From Octopus sinensis (lineage: Eukaryota), in the NCBI RefSeq assembly GCF_006345805.1, contig NC_042999.1, positions 138,260,001 through 138,324,000 on the forward strand: a stretch of DNA of 64,000 nt. The letters are read 5' to 3'. The translations under genes were made by a program, and so were the position numbers. Below are positions 28,114 to 41,876 of this stretch, piece after piece (position 1 is the first letter of the stretch; each line of letters starts with the position of its first letter). The notes under the pieces are model-generated. The model saw nothing but the letters and a program-made list of their open reading frames with translations. It made no database searches and had not been told where the DNA came from.

Positions 28114-28437
28114 AGGATGGCACGTATGAATGACGAAGCCACCTTGAGCATAATCCTATGAACCCGAAAAAATTTAAAACTGAGAGTTACTTACTTGCAA
28201 ATAAATGTGTTAACATGTGACATTATTGACCGAGGTTACCGTGGTCTTTTCCGTAGGCTTTTCGTTCACGGATTAACCTTGCCTGTTTCATCCTTTACAC
28301 TTTACATCATTACATCATAACATTTCTAACCTACCCCACTTTTTCCTCTCCCCCCAAAGATAAGCTCTACTTTGTAGTTTGTCCCCTCTCTGTTCAGCCC
28401 TGTGTAGCTAATAAAGAAACATATCTATCTATCTATC

Positions 28438-28505
<68 letters not shown>

Positions 28506-28769
28506 CTTGACTAGCTACCTAGCTAGCTATGAAAGCTACGAGGAAGCTTTAAGGTGGTGCACCTCTACACATCTCTGAGAGCACTCCCCCTTATAGCTGA
28601 AGCTGCTGTCAGGCAAAGAAGTTGATTAAGAAATTCCTGTTCCCTTGTCATTATTTTAATTTCATATTACGCTCTGTACTGACCTAACGCTTTATTCTGA
28701 AGCATATGTATATTGACTTTTAACATTAGGTTATTACTATCGCTTTGTCTAAGTGAAACATTAATATGT

Positions 28770-29008
28770 ACATCTTGCCAAACAACCTCAGAGACTTGCG
28801 AGATGTAGATGTCGAGATCTTCAAAAGAAGCAAATTTCAGTCTGAAATCCCAGATAAGCCCATATCGCAGTAGGAGACACAAAGAAGAGTAGTTCCGTCC
28901 AACTCGCTAATTCACAAAAAAAAAAAACAATATCGAAAGGAGACTGAAACACACTGAAAGACAGTGCTCCAGCGTGACCACAGCCTGTGGCTGAAACCAG
29001 TAAAAGAT
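28770..29008 (+). mobile_element. Older CR1-like LINE 3' end
   Basis: ILPNNLRDLRDVDVEIFKR..EIPDKP..RRVVPSNSL parallels the 26342 copy. Tail GTGCTCCAGCGTGACCACAGCCTGTGGCTGAAACCAGTAAAAG. Confidence 0.75.
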
Positions 29009-29246
29009 GACTGATCACACACATACAAACACACACATAATCACACAGACACACACAGACACACATACAGATACACAAACACACACACACCAACACACAA
29101 ATGCACATACACACACATACATGTATAAGCGCTGATGCTTGTCTGTTTTAGACTCAATTCCCGATTCTGTCTCCAGATTCGGTCCTGGTGAAGGAAGAAT
29201 TGGGCAGAGCTGCCCTTTGCACGTGTTGTTTCTCATACACATACAC

Positions 29247-29537
29247 CAGTGGTTCCCAAAGTGGGAAGTACCTCCCCTTTGGGGGCGGTGGAAAGTTCTT
29301 CTGTTGAAGAAAAGTGGGGTGATAATAGGATAGCCAAAAGGGAGCGATTGATGTAACAGCAACAAAATAATAGGTTGATTAGGTTACGTTTTATTTGTGA
29401 AATGCAGTTGATTTGAATTTGCTTCAGAAAGAGGTCTATGTTTGTGGTGGTAAGTTAGTGGAATTGGCTTAGGGGGCAATAAGAATGTGGCCTGAGTGCC
29501 ATGGGGGCGGCAGCCTGAAAAAGTTTGGGAACCATTG
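29247..29537. mobile_element. hAT (Charlie-like) MITE, 291 bp
   Basis: TIRs CAGTGGTTCCCAAA / TTTGGGAACCATTG. 8-bp TSD-like flanks ACATACAC / GCATACAT (6 of 8 match). Confidence 0.85.
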
Positions 29538-30402
29538 GCATACATGAATATAAAGGATTAAAAGCTTTCTCTTAGTGACTTTCAAGGAAATTTGATTCAG
29601 ATATTTCTCATTAATAAACATATTATGATATCATAAGTTAGCCAATGTTACATAGCTCAGACTCTGCAACTTGTTCCACTATAGGAATGTTGCTTTGATT
29701 GGGGAAAACCCAACACAAATACAATGAGATAGGAGAATTGAATATGTACCCTCCACCGTATGTATATGTATGCATGTATATCTATCTATATATATGTATG
29801 CAATAGACACACATACACCCACCCACCCATACACACACCATATATAACGTTGTGGGTGTTTTACATATATGGGCATATGTTCTGCTGTGATAGGAAATTA
29901 CCGGATATAAAATTCAATACAAAATTTCAAGTTGGAGTATTGTCTTACACTTATATATTTATAAATGCATAAATACCTCTCACCCGACCACACACGCCCA
30001 CACGTACATGTAAATGTTTTTTAAAGCCAAAACAATACTAGATTTAACAAATAATGTAAGTCGATGGTTTGTACGCCTATATATATATAATATATATATA
30101 TATATTTACAAACCCATACATATATTTATGCAAATATATATAAACATATATATACATATATACATATTTATATATACGCATATACATACATATACATGCA
30201 TATACATACATATATATGTATATATATACGTATATATAAGTATGTATATGCATACATATACACACATACATACTTATATATACGTATATATACATACGAA
30301 CACACATATACATATACACATACACGAGCATGTTCACACGCATTCATTATCTAGATAGATAGATAGATAGACAGACAGATATATATATATATATATATAT
30401 AT

Positions 30403-30479
<77 letters not shown>

Positions 30480-30483
<4 letters not shown>

Positions 30484-30750
30484 GGGGTCTCCCGTCATTA
30501 GAAATGGATGACGGTTCCGTAATTACTTGCCGAACAACCTCACATAAAAGCGATCAAATGTTTGTATTGCTCATGTGTTAACCCCTTCCATCGAATCGAA
30601 ATTGCTTCTACAGCTGCACAAGTGTACCACGCATCAGAGATCGGAATGATTGCAGAGCAACTTGAAATGATGTGTTTTGCTGAAGGACACAACACACTGC
30701 CTGGTTTCGGAATCGTGAGCGCAACACCATAACCTCTAGGCTATACGCCT
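30480..30750 (-). mobile_element. Diverged SINE related to family C
   Basis: TTCTACAGCTG...GAGCAACTTGAAATGATGTGTTTTGCTGAAGGACACAACACAC parallels 10495-10560. Confidence 0.6.
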
Positions 30751-30791
30751 TCACACACACACGCGCACGCATAATATATAGTGTGTGTATA

Positions 30792-30990
30792 TGTTTGTGT
30801 GTCCCCCAACATCGCCTGACAACAGATGCTGGTGTGTTTATGTCCCCGTCACTTAGCGGTTCGGCAAAAGAGACCGATAGAATAAGTACTGGGCTTACAA
30901 ACAATAAGTCCCGGGGTCGATTTGTTCGACTAAAGACGGTGCTCCAGCATGGCCGCAGTCAAATGACTGAAACAAATAAAAGAGTAAAAG
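30792..30990 (+). mobile_element. SINE family B, 3' half
   Basis: GTCCCCCAACATCGCCTGACAACAGATGCTGGTGTG...CCAGCATGGCCGCAGTCAAATGACTGAAAC. Confidence 0.9.
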
Positions 30991-31446
30991 AGTATATATA
31001 TATATTTGTTTTTATTAATTGCATCTTATTTTTTATTCTATTTATTTTTATTTAAACAAGAATATATTTGTTAAGATATTTCGTATTTTACAAGATTATT
31101 TACGTATATTTATAATTTATCTAATTAATTATTTTATTGTTTTTATCTTTAACTGAAGAGTGGCTACATATATATTGAACTGATTTTACTACTACTACTA
31201 CTATTATTATTACTATTATCATTTCTTAAATATAGCTACGACCACGTGTCGTTATTCTATTAAATATATACGTTTTTTTATTATTTTGTACATACTTAAT
31301 CATTGTTATGTTTTATCTTATATTTAATCTTTCTATATATGTAATTTTTCTAATAGTATAATTTAATTTTTCATTATTGAATGATAAACGGTAGTTTTTC
31401 CTAATTTATATATATATTATATCGTATTTATGTATGTTTAAATGAT

Positions 31447-31479
<33 letters not shown>

Positions 31480-32831
31480 TATATATAGTATTGTTTTACT
31501 TTCATATATGTGTGTGTGTGTGCGCGCGTGTAATTGTAAATTCCGTTGTATTAAACACAGAATTACAACAAAAAAAAAATATGGAAAAACATGTGCCCTT
31601 TTTCTTTGCCATGGGTCATTGGGAAATCTCGAGAGACAGTTATTCATAAATTCTACTGCAGATATCAGATACTTTGGTTCTTGCTGCCCAAATGTAAATA
31701 CTGTATGGCCGACACATGCCTCAATATTAACTCCATATTTCTAGATCGTCACGACTTGGTCACTATCTCCACAAAGTCTTAGAAAATGAAAAAAAAAATG
31801 TCATGTGGTTTTCTAATTTATGAGTATAGTAACCAAAAGATTTAACATTCACATCACACAAAATCGTATTGAATAAAAGAGAATAAAGAAAAGTAGCAGA
31901 GACTACACACACTCATGCAGATACATATACACTCACACACAAACACATACGATCATACAAAATAAGGATTGTCAAAGCATGAACAATTAATCTACACAGC
32001 TGTAGAGTGCTCACCTTCTGGTATTGGATATTCTGTGCTTTTCATTGCCAATAAACACTCCTAGAACTTTAAGCGAACAGAGTTAAAGAGGCCGTATAAC
32101 TTCGCTGTTATTCACGCATAAAGACCTAAATTACGCGTTGCATAATTTTATGTGAAATTTGTATGACAACATGCGCACGCACACACATACACTAAACACA
32201 CATACGCTAAATACACACACACATACACACATACAAATACGTTTTATATGTATACAAAGAACGATGACTGAATAAAAAAATCTAGAATGTGCTGGGTCTA
32301 ACATTTATTATAACACGGTGCCTTCGAAGTTTCAACGGGCATGTGGTTTATTCAAACTAGTTAGTTTCAATAAGCTACATATACGACAAAGCCTCGTAGT
32401 CACTGTTTATAACATAATACATGCACACATGTGTATGACGAATTATAAAGCGAAAGAAAGTACGACTTGCTTTGTAAGCGCCGCCATCTTATTTAATTTA
32501 AATAAGGTATATATTCCCTCACACCTTCCTCTTACAATACGATCACACTACACACTGTCCTCCCGCAACCCACTATCCCACCCTACTAACCTCTCATACT
32601 TGCACTCCTCCAGACACCTCCACCTCCGCAAGAAATCACATGCACTTTACACCACACCCACGCACATACCCCTTCTACTATACCCACCTCTATACCCATT
32701 TATACATGCACACACTACCCTCCTCTTCCGTTTTTCCTAACTCCTCCCCATAGGACCACATTCCTACCTGACCTGAAAACCTTTTATTTTTATTCTCATC
32801 AGTTTTCATCCTCTTTTTCTCAATTTCTTCT

Positions 32832-32867
32832 TTTTCTGATGAAGGAGTGGCATCCGAAACGTCAAAG
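32832..32867 (+). ncRNA. Minimal type I hammerhead motif at end of a CT-rich Penelope-type tail (about 32500-32950)
   Basis: TTTT-CTGATGA-A-GGA(GTGGCA)TCC-GAAA-CGT-C-AAAG. Stem III is reduced to the palindrome ACGT. GUC site after 32863. Confidence 0.7.
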
Positions 32868-32962
32868 AGTATTTCCCTTCCGTTTAAGCTTTAAAATAAT
32901 AACATTTTTGTTGAAACTTATTCTACTTGTTTTGTCATCTATTTTGCTAATTACCTAACACA

Positions 32963-32995
<33 letters not shown>

Positions 32996-33344
32996 GCGCA
33001 CACACACACACACACACACACACTCTCACACACAGATGTATATGTATAGACACATATGTATAGAGTCGCTAAAACGGAGGATGATCTATGATACTTGTTC
33101 CAGGTCTCTGCGTCCGAGCTCGAATTCCGTCGATTTAACTTTATCTTTAATTCTTTCGGAGTTGATAAATGAAGTGCCAGTTCAGTGTTGTGAATCGGCT
33201 AAATTTTTAGAATGTTGGAAGAGATGGCATGCCACATATTTTTCAACTCATCTAGTTGAAATTTTACCAAAAGATTTAAATCCTGTGGTGGCCACCGTTG
33301 TTCTCTGAACAAGACCAGGTGCCGCGCAGAGGGACTGATGTCGA

Positions 33345-33634
<290 letters not shown>

Positions 33635-33790
33635 TAGCACTAATTGTATTTAAGCAACCTTGCATATTCCTTTTCTTGTGAAGGTCGAATGAGATATGAG
33701 TCATAGTCTTAGAAAACAAGTTTTCGTTTTGCTTAATCACGTCTCCCCGTTCTTCTCTGTTTCCCATAGCCCCCTTTCCTTCTTCCCTTC

Positions 33791-33885
<95 letters not shown>

Positions 33886-34528
33886 ATCTATCTGTCTATC
33901 TATCGACCTGCTTTACTGTCTATCTGTCTACATTTTTCATACACACAAATACACACATATATACACATGTATATGAGAAAGAAAAAGTAAGAAAGGAAGA
34001 AAGAGAGAGTGTTAGATATGTGTGTATAAATTTACAAGAAAGGACACAAATATGACACGCTTAGAGGACGAATAATTACAATATTTAACAAACTTGGCTT
34101 TTAGATGGCAGAGCAATTATTACAACTTTTAAGGTCTTAGATGTTACGCTTAAACTGAACGCAAAATCGCTTGTTATTTGAAAAACTAAAGAACAACTCG
34201 TATTACATTTGCGTCCTATCGACTGTCCAAACGTCATCAAGCAGGTTCCAATGAACATCAGCGAAAGGATAGTCACCCTTAACGGAATTGAGTACTTGAT
34301 CCACATAGAACATTGGTGCAGAAACATGAGTTGCAAAATCTTTTCCAGACAGACACAACTGCCATAAATTGTTCAACAAAACAGCATCATAGAAGGGGCA
34401 CAGATGCATAAAATCTTATAGGAACTGTTGAATAAGGCACAAGTACAGAAGAAATAATTAAAGTCATGTGACTTCTGTTTCATGGAGGAGCTCTACATCA
34501 TCCGTGATCCCATACCGATCTTTTAAAA

Positions 34529-34562
<34 letters not shown>

Positions 34563-34646
34563 GAGTGAGAGAGTAGTGCATGCCATCAAAATGACACTGG
34601 GGTAAAATATACGAAGCCTAGTATACCCATCATGACTACCCGTCTG

Positions 34647-35189
34647 TGTGTATCGGCATATCCCAGAGTATGGTTGCTTTCTCGTTTTCTGTGACCTTTT
34701 CTGGTGTGTGCCTATACCATCTTTTTTCTGTTGTTATTCCATAATGTTGGCATAGCTTCCAGTGTATGTTGGTTCCAACTCTGTCATGTCTGTGAATATA
34801 TTCCTTCTTAGCCAGGACTGGGCAGCCAGAGATAATATGATTTATTGTTTCTTGTCCATCTCCACATATTCTGCAGTTACTTGTTATATTTCTTTTCATT
34901 ACATGTTTTTGGTAATTTCTGGTGGGGAGGCTTTGGTCTTGTGCTGCAATTAAAAATCCCTCTGTCTCTGCTTTGAGTCCTGAGCTTCTCAACCATTGCT
35001 GGGATTTTTCTTTGTCCAGTATTTACCATGAAGGGGCTTTTCTTACCATCGTTTTATCATGGATCTTTGCTGTTCTAGTTTTAGTTTGGATTTCATTTGT
35101 TTTATAGCTTTTGTTGTTTCTTCTTCTTGTTCTTGTTGTTCTTGTTCTTGTTCTTGTTCTTCTTCTTGTTCTTCTTGTTCTTCTTGTTC

Positions 35190-35224
<35 letters not shown>

Positions 35225-35647
35225 CTTCTTCTTCTCTTCTTCTTCTTCTTCTTCTTCTTCTTCTTCTTCTTGTTCTTCTTCTTCTTGTTCTTGTTCTTCT
35301 TCTTCTTCTACTACTACTTCTTCTTCTTCTTCTTTTCTTCTTCTTCTTCATATTTATTAGGTGGTATGATTTCTTGCTTGTATTTGTCAGCTTCCTTAAA
35401 TACTGAGAACAGTTTTTTGTTTTGCTCGTGTTTTGCCGCTATTTGTATCAGTTTTCCTTCCTTCTGAAGTAGATATTTTTGCACTCCTATGGTGGTTATT
35501 TTAGAGTAGTTTTCCAGCTGTATAAGGCCTCTACCACCTTCTATACGTTGTATATATAGTCTTTCTATGTCAGATTTTGGGTGATGCATCCTAGATGCAT
35601 CCTAGATCCTGTCATTATTTTTCTTGTTTTCCTACCTATTTTGGTCA
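34647..35647 (-). mobile_element. R4/Dong-clade LINE internal fragment (post-RT to restriction-like endonuclease region)
   Basis: HHPKSDIERLYIQRIEGGRGL, LKAETEGFLIAAQDQSLPTRNY, CCHC knuckle CRICGDGQETINHIISGC, RHDRV..IHW..C, ILWDMPIHTD. Interrupted by a ~240-bp (GAA/CAA)n expansion at about 35110-35350. Confidence 0.9.
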
Positions 35648-36147
35648 GAGTGAGAGAGCAGTGCATGCCATCAAAATGACACTGGGGTAAAATATACAAA
35701 GCCTAGTATACCCATCATGACTACTCATCTGATAAGGGTACACCAGACACATGCATCACAACTATATGTGCGCGACATGGTGATCTCATATCAAGATAAA
35801 CAGCGCATGACCTTGTAGGTGGGGCCCAGTTAGAATTTTCTTCAGATCGAGTAGCCCATCCCGCTCAAGAGGTCCCTGAAAAGGGTGTGTTTAAGGATGT
35901 TGAGAAAACACCCATGTTTCCAAAGGTGAATTATCCAAACCCCAAAGAATTCCTCTCAACACATAGTTATGATGCTCCCCCACTACTTCTGCTCGCGATC
36001 AGAGACTCACATATCGTCAGCCTCTAAGGGACATGCTCAACTGGTTAAGGTCAAGCAAATCTGTAGTTTTGAGCAGAATATTTAATGTAGCCTATCTTTT
36101 ATACCAAGACGAAACAATGTACATGATAACACTTCCAATCAGTTAAG
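35648..36147 (-). mobile_element. Unclassified ~500-bp non-coding interspersed element (family D here); its last 84 bp recur at 34563-34646
   Basis: 34563-34646 and 35648-35731 differ at 4 of 84 positions. The short copy ends in (AAT)n on the minus strand. Confidence 0.65.
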
Positions 36148-36168
36148 ATTATTATTATTATTATTATT

Positions 36169-36377
36169 CAGTAGTTTTATTTTTTATAGCGTGCTTTCAC
36201 TTCACTACCGAGCGCAGCTCTGTGTGCCTTGGGTATGTGCTGTGATTTGTTGTGATGCTCTGATGGTTATTGTATGGAAATTGTTCTGCGTAGGATGTGT
36301 GCAGTGCCTAGTAGTGCAATTTTCTGTATGTTATATGTGTTTGTAAGTCCTGGTGTTTTTGTTATGTATTTGTCTGA
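36169..36377 (-). mobile_element. R4/Dong LINE 3' terminal fragment
   Basis: KYITKTPGLTNTYNIQKIALLGTAHILRRTISIQ* plus a ~100-nt 3'UTR, embedded between (AAT)n tracts. Confidence 0.85.
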
Positions 36378-36448
<71 letters not shown>

Positions 36449-36487
36449 CATCATTATTATTATTATTAATTATTATTATTATTATTA
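36378..36487. repeat. (ATT)n microsatellite (others at about 34530-34562, 38595-38697, 42425-42490)
   Basis: Direct reading. Confidence 0.98.
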
Positions 36488-37146
36488 CAAATACATTCAT
36501 ACAATATTGATCAAATAATTAATTTTTGAGTTGGAAAATGTTTTTCATCTGGTGATGAGTATTTTCTTTTTTTTTTTTAGCTTTTTTGTTATTATGGTCG
36601 CTCATTAAGTCAGTCTGAGTGTTACTTTTTCTTGTTGATTGTTTATTTTGTTTTATTTCTGTAGGTCTTCTTATTTAACATCTTCATAGTTATATTTTTC
36701 TTATCATTTATATCTTTACTGATAAAGGTTTTACATTAGTATTTTCTATACATTTGATCTGTTCGTTATAGCTTCTGTGTAGAGCTTCATCATATACACA
36801 AATATACAAATACATACGTATATATATACGCATATACACCCCCCCTACCTACACATGTTCATATATACATATAAACCAGTATGATCTCAAGCTCAAATGT
36901 ATAGCCTCCTCATCAGACTGTGGCCGATGTAGAGAATATGCAAATGCCTTAGTCCTGCAGTAGGAAGAACAAGGGCAATCCAATCATCCATATCAATATA
37001 TGTATATATGTATATATGTACATATATAAATAAATAAACAAATATATATACATACACATAATATATAGATATATTTATATTTGTGCGTATATTTACACAC
37101 ACACATACATACACACATACACATGCACATCTTTCATCTTTTACTT

Positions 37147-37525
37147 CTTTCATTCATTTGACAGCGGCGATGCTGAAGAACCACACCTTGAGTGGCTTAG
37201 TCAGATGGCTCAACACTAGTACGTATTTTTTTAAAGCCTTGTAATTATTTTTATCGGTTTCTTTTACCGAACCGCTATGTAGCGGTATGAAAAATAAGCC
37301 AACACCGGTTTCAAGCAGTGGGGGAAGAAACACTTCGCACCACACAGACACAACCGCACACACACACACACATACACACACACACACACACACACATACA
37401 CACACATACAAGCACATATATGTATGCATATATATACGCCAGGCTTCTTTCAGTTTCCGTCTACCAAATCAGTTCACAAGATTTCAATCAGACCGAAATA
37501 TGTGGTTGGGAAGCAGACTTCTTAT
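37147..37525 (-). mobile_element. SINE family B, diverged, with internal deletion
   Basis: Plus strand GCTTCTTTCAGTTTCCGTCTACCAAATC, ACCGAACCGCTA, ACACCGGTTTCAAGC match the reverse complement of family B. Confidence 0.75.
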
Positions 37526-38597
37526 CACATTGCCTCGCCAGCGCCTTGAAATAGCGCCTTTGACGAGTTTGCGTGTCATTCTTGCGCAGAGGCCATGCCA
37601 ATTTTCTCTGCATCATTCCAGCCGAAGCAATACATATGCAAATATATCTATACATTTAAAATACTCACAGATATTTTTAGATACGTAAAGGTCTCAGAAC
37701 GAGGAATGGGAGGTAGCTTTTTGGTCCCCTATCAAACGCCTGACCCTTTCACTTGTATCGCTAACTCTTTGATAAAAGCACAAAATGAAATGAAACCGGT
37801 TTGTAATTGCCGAGATCTTTTACGTCGTTAACAGTGTATATGTATAAAGAACTAATGATTTACAATAGATGAATTCTAGAAATAGCTGCTGAGAGGTCAG
37901 ATACCCTCAAAGTCACCACTATAATCATGATAAAGGGCAGATTGAGCGCGCCAAGAAATACAAAAATATAGTCGAAATGCTTTTGATCTCAAAAGATTGT
38001 TCAACCAGAGATATAGGTCTAAATAACATCAATAACTAACTGTATGGAAAATCCAAACTATTCCATAATATATTCATTATCCATATTTTAGGCAGGACGG
38101 AAATAATCTTAATGCTATAGATTACATTTTCACATCTAACATTTAATTCCCAAACATTTGGCTGTCAGATTGATAATTGCAACTGGTGGGTACGATCAAG
38201 TTATCCTGAAATGTTAGCTAAATGCTGAAAGCTATTTCCAACCGCAGTCACGTTAAAATAAATATTCTTAGTGTTGTTAGTATGCTTCATAATCCAACGG
38301 ATTGTTGTCATTAGAGGGGATTTCTTTCTCATACAACATATCTTATGTAAGTCAACCGAATGGGTAAGGAACCCTCTCCCCTGCAAAAAAGCAACCAACG
38401 GCATGAGTTGAATTTCTAACACTAAGCTAATAAAACATTCGTTGACTTTTGGGGATTTTATCATTTGCAGGTTATGAAGAACAGACTTCTCGACACTATT
38501 CACTCAACACATTGCCATTCTACTCTACGAAATGAATATGAAATGAAGTACTGAATTCACATTTCAACATTTTTGGACGAAATTACTGTTTAATAAC

Positions 38598-38653
<56 letters not shown>

Positions 38654-39747
38654 TAATAATAATATAATATAATAATAATAATAATAATAATAATGATGAT
38701 GATGATGATGATCTATGTATGTATGTTGAAAGTCATTACGTTTGCATTTATAATTAATTTTGTATATCTATTTTATACAGTATATCTATATCTGCTTTAA
38801 ATATCTTGTTTTCTACAAGAAATGATTTTACTAAATCCATGTATTCATGTTACTTTTGAACACGGAACGGTTGAGAAAAAGCTTGCAAAAGACATATAAA
38901 AAGAGGAATAGGTTTTGCTATTAATTTTCCTCAGCTATAAGTAGGTTACACTGTATACACATCTAGAGCAAGTCTCTTTTCATTTATTACAAGGACACAG
39001 TCTTTAAGTAACTTCTGACATCAAATAGCAGTTAAAAATTACTGTCTCGGAAAAAAATTAAAATAAAATGCCCGAGACATTTACAAACGTATGCCTTGTA
39101 TTGTATGAGGTGAGAATCGTTTTCATTTGGCGAAGTTTCTCGTCAGGAATTAGACACACTACTTACTGTGCACTGTAAATTTGTTCACAGCATAGTTTAG
39201 CAATCACGAAATATTTACGATTCACTGAAAGCTGAAACTCCCGAATCAAATAAAGAAAATTGTTGTTAGCTTCGTTACTGCTGTAGCCGTTGCGGTTGCT
39301 GTTGTGATGGCTATTACTCTTGTTGCTGATGCAGAAGAATGCCATCCTTTGTTGATGACAAGTTTGCCAAGCGATAAACTATGAACACAGAGAAACGCAC
39401 TGGTCAGGGTTTCTGGTCTAGATAAGAAATCACAGTAAACAAGCATAGGACATTTGATTCAACCAACGCAATGCTATCAAAATATACCATTGCATGCAAT
39501 AGTATCAAACGATAAATGATGTAGATAATTTGTTTTTAAAATTTTATTTCATGGCTGCTCTGGAAATTAAGTTGACTCAAACAAGAAATTGAACTGTTGT
39601 TCCATCGTCGTCATCACCGATGTTTACGTCATTGGGTGCGAGATAAGACGGTAGTCTTTATGTGGTCGCTTCAACTGCTAGTGATAGCACACACGTTGCA
39701 GCTCGGAAAAAAGTAAGTTTAAAAGGAATTTAAATCACAATGCCACC

Positions 39748-39792
<45 letters not shown>

Positions 39793-39898
39793 GTGTGTGT
39801 GTGTGTGTGTGGTGTGTGTGTGTGTGTGCGTGTGCGTGCGTGCGTGTGTGTGTTATGTTTATGTATGTATATGTGTGTAAGTGTGTATATTAACCATA

Positions 39899-40577
39899 TT
39901 TTACCTATAAAAGTTATTTTAACGTACCGATCTACTTGGTGAAATTATTAATTAATTGAGTGATTAATTAATTAATTTAATTGATAAATTTTACCGTTTT
40001 ATTATTAATTTAAAATTATAATTTACTCCATGATAGAATACTGCAGTTTTTCTGCGGTACTGTTCGTAGCATACACGTGGGTATAGGGGTTGAATAGTGT
40101 ATTCACATTCGGCTCTGTCAATTTTGGAAGTGTTGGTTGGATATCTGTTACATGATGTCGCTCGATCGTGTGCATATTTAACCCTAGCACTTTCAAATTT
40201 TATAATTGGAAATACGATACTGAAGAGAGAAGTAAGTAAATTTTAAAACACTTTAATCTCGAAACGCGTATATAGTTAATCCTGGTCGTGTTGGTTCATT
40301 GTTTTTCTCTTTATTTTCGTAAAACAGTATGTTACCGTCCTGGAGATTCTTATAGTAGTAGAAAAGGAATTTTAACTCCTATTTCTAAATTCGGTATGTG
40401 GTAAAGCAATTAGCTGAACCCTAATTATAATTATGTTTATAATTATAAAATATTTGTATAAATTTACCTATAAAGGTTATTTTAACGTACCGATCTACTT
40501 GGTGAAATTATTAATTGATTGATTAATTAATTAATTTAATTGATAAATTTTACCCTTTTATTATCAATTTAATATAT
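39899..40577 (+). mobile_element. 563-bp hammerhead-bearing element in partial tandem (retrozyme/non-autonomous Penelope-like)
   Basis: ~118-bp direct repeats at about 39899-40017 and 40462-40577 enclose a canonical hammerhead motif. No ORF. Confidence 0.7.
40217..40273 (+). ncRNA. Canonical-core type I hammerhead ribozyme motif
   Basis: ATA-CTGAAGA-GAGA(26 nt)TCTC-GAAA-CGCG-TA-TAT: all core residues present, palindromic stem III ACGCGT, GUA site after 40270. Confidence 0.8.
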
Positions 40578-40592
40578 ATATATATATATATA

Positions 40593-41875
40593 TGGTGGTT
40601 GTCTACTCCTTATGCAAAGTCTGAGCGCATCCTGTACCTACAACGTCTGATGTGGCATTTTAAACCAGACAATGTATTGAAAAGACACCCACATAGACTA
40701 CATATCCGATTTTGACCACCAAGAGTTGCAGTTAAGTTCTGATCTTTGTTGATCTCAAAATGCCTTTTGAGGCCTCCGTTAGATTTGCAGACCTTATGGC
40801 ATTGAAAGGTATGCACAGACATATAGACAGAATAGTTGGTGGAGGTTCGTTTTTCATGGGTCCGCAAATGAGATTTTAGCCCAGCAAAAGGAAGGCAGTC
40901 TGTCACAAACTGTGCACACAAAAAGGTCATTGTGATTCACCTTCTCGATCGTAACATCCTTCTTTAAATCTCTCTTGAGTCTTGCATGCATTACCCTGGC
41001 CTCTTCACTGTACTCCACACTTTTGTTCGCCATCCAGCTCGATCCGAAGCAAGGGTTTCTATGCCTCCTGGATCCATTCCAAGTGATTGCATGGTAGTCC
41101 TTATGCCGTCCTTAAACCTCTTTTTATGTTTACACCTGTAGCGTTTCCCCTCTGCAAGCTCACCATAAAATAGCTGTTTAGGTGTGCGTTCATCCGCCAT
41201 TCGAACAATATGGCCAGATCCTCACATTTGGTATTTCAGAATCATTGCTTTAATTGAAGTGATGCCTACAGACGCAAGGACATCTGTGTTGGGAGTAAAA
41301 GAACTCCATTTAATGTTTAAAATGCGATGAAGGCATTTTTGGTAGAATTGTTCTAACAATTTGAAATGTCTTTCATAACATTGTGTTTCAGAAGAGTACA
41401 ACAGGGATAGTAAGACAAACGATATGTAAAGAGCCAATTTTGTGTATTTATGTAGTTGGCACCAAACGCGTGACTCCAAACCACCAAATGCTTGTGCTGC
41501 CCTTTGAATTCCCAGATGTATTTCTGTGTCCAGATCTCCATCATTTTGTACAGAATTTCCAAGGTAGATGAAAGAATCAACAACTTCAAGTAACTTACCG
41601 TAACAAAAATTTTAGGTGGGGATGCAGACAGCACCACATGCAGGTTGACACATTAAAATTGTGTTTTTCAAGTTGATGCGCAAGACAAAATCATCACAAG
41701 CTGAGTCAAGTGCAGATTCAAGAGATTGCAGACCTGTTTCAGAATGACTGACTAGATCGCAATCGTCAGTGTATAAGAGTTCCCTAATGAGTGAAGTAAA
41801 AACCTTCGTTTTGAATTTCAGTCTGGTCAAATTAAAAACATTTCCTGTTGTTCGATATTTTATGTAAATATCCAC
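40593..41875 (-). mobile_element. RTE-clade LINE 3' portion, decayed
   Basis: IRELLYTDDCDLVSH, MADERTPKQLFYGELAEGKR...RFKD...LASDRAGWR, and C-terminal C2H2-like fingers (GLKSHLRTH, CKSNGGLKRH, CSLCGCLFNTLSGLKCH). Confidence 0.9.
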
Positions 41876-41876
41876 G

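Noticed and set aside
34085-34500. Plus-strand reading frame with scattered stops (LRPIDCPNVIKQVP...)
   Set aside because: It looks like decayed coding DNA but I cannot assign a family.
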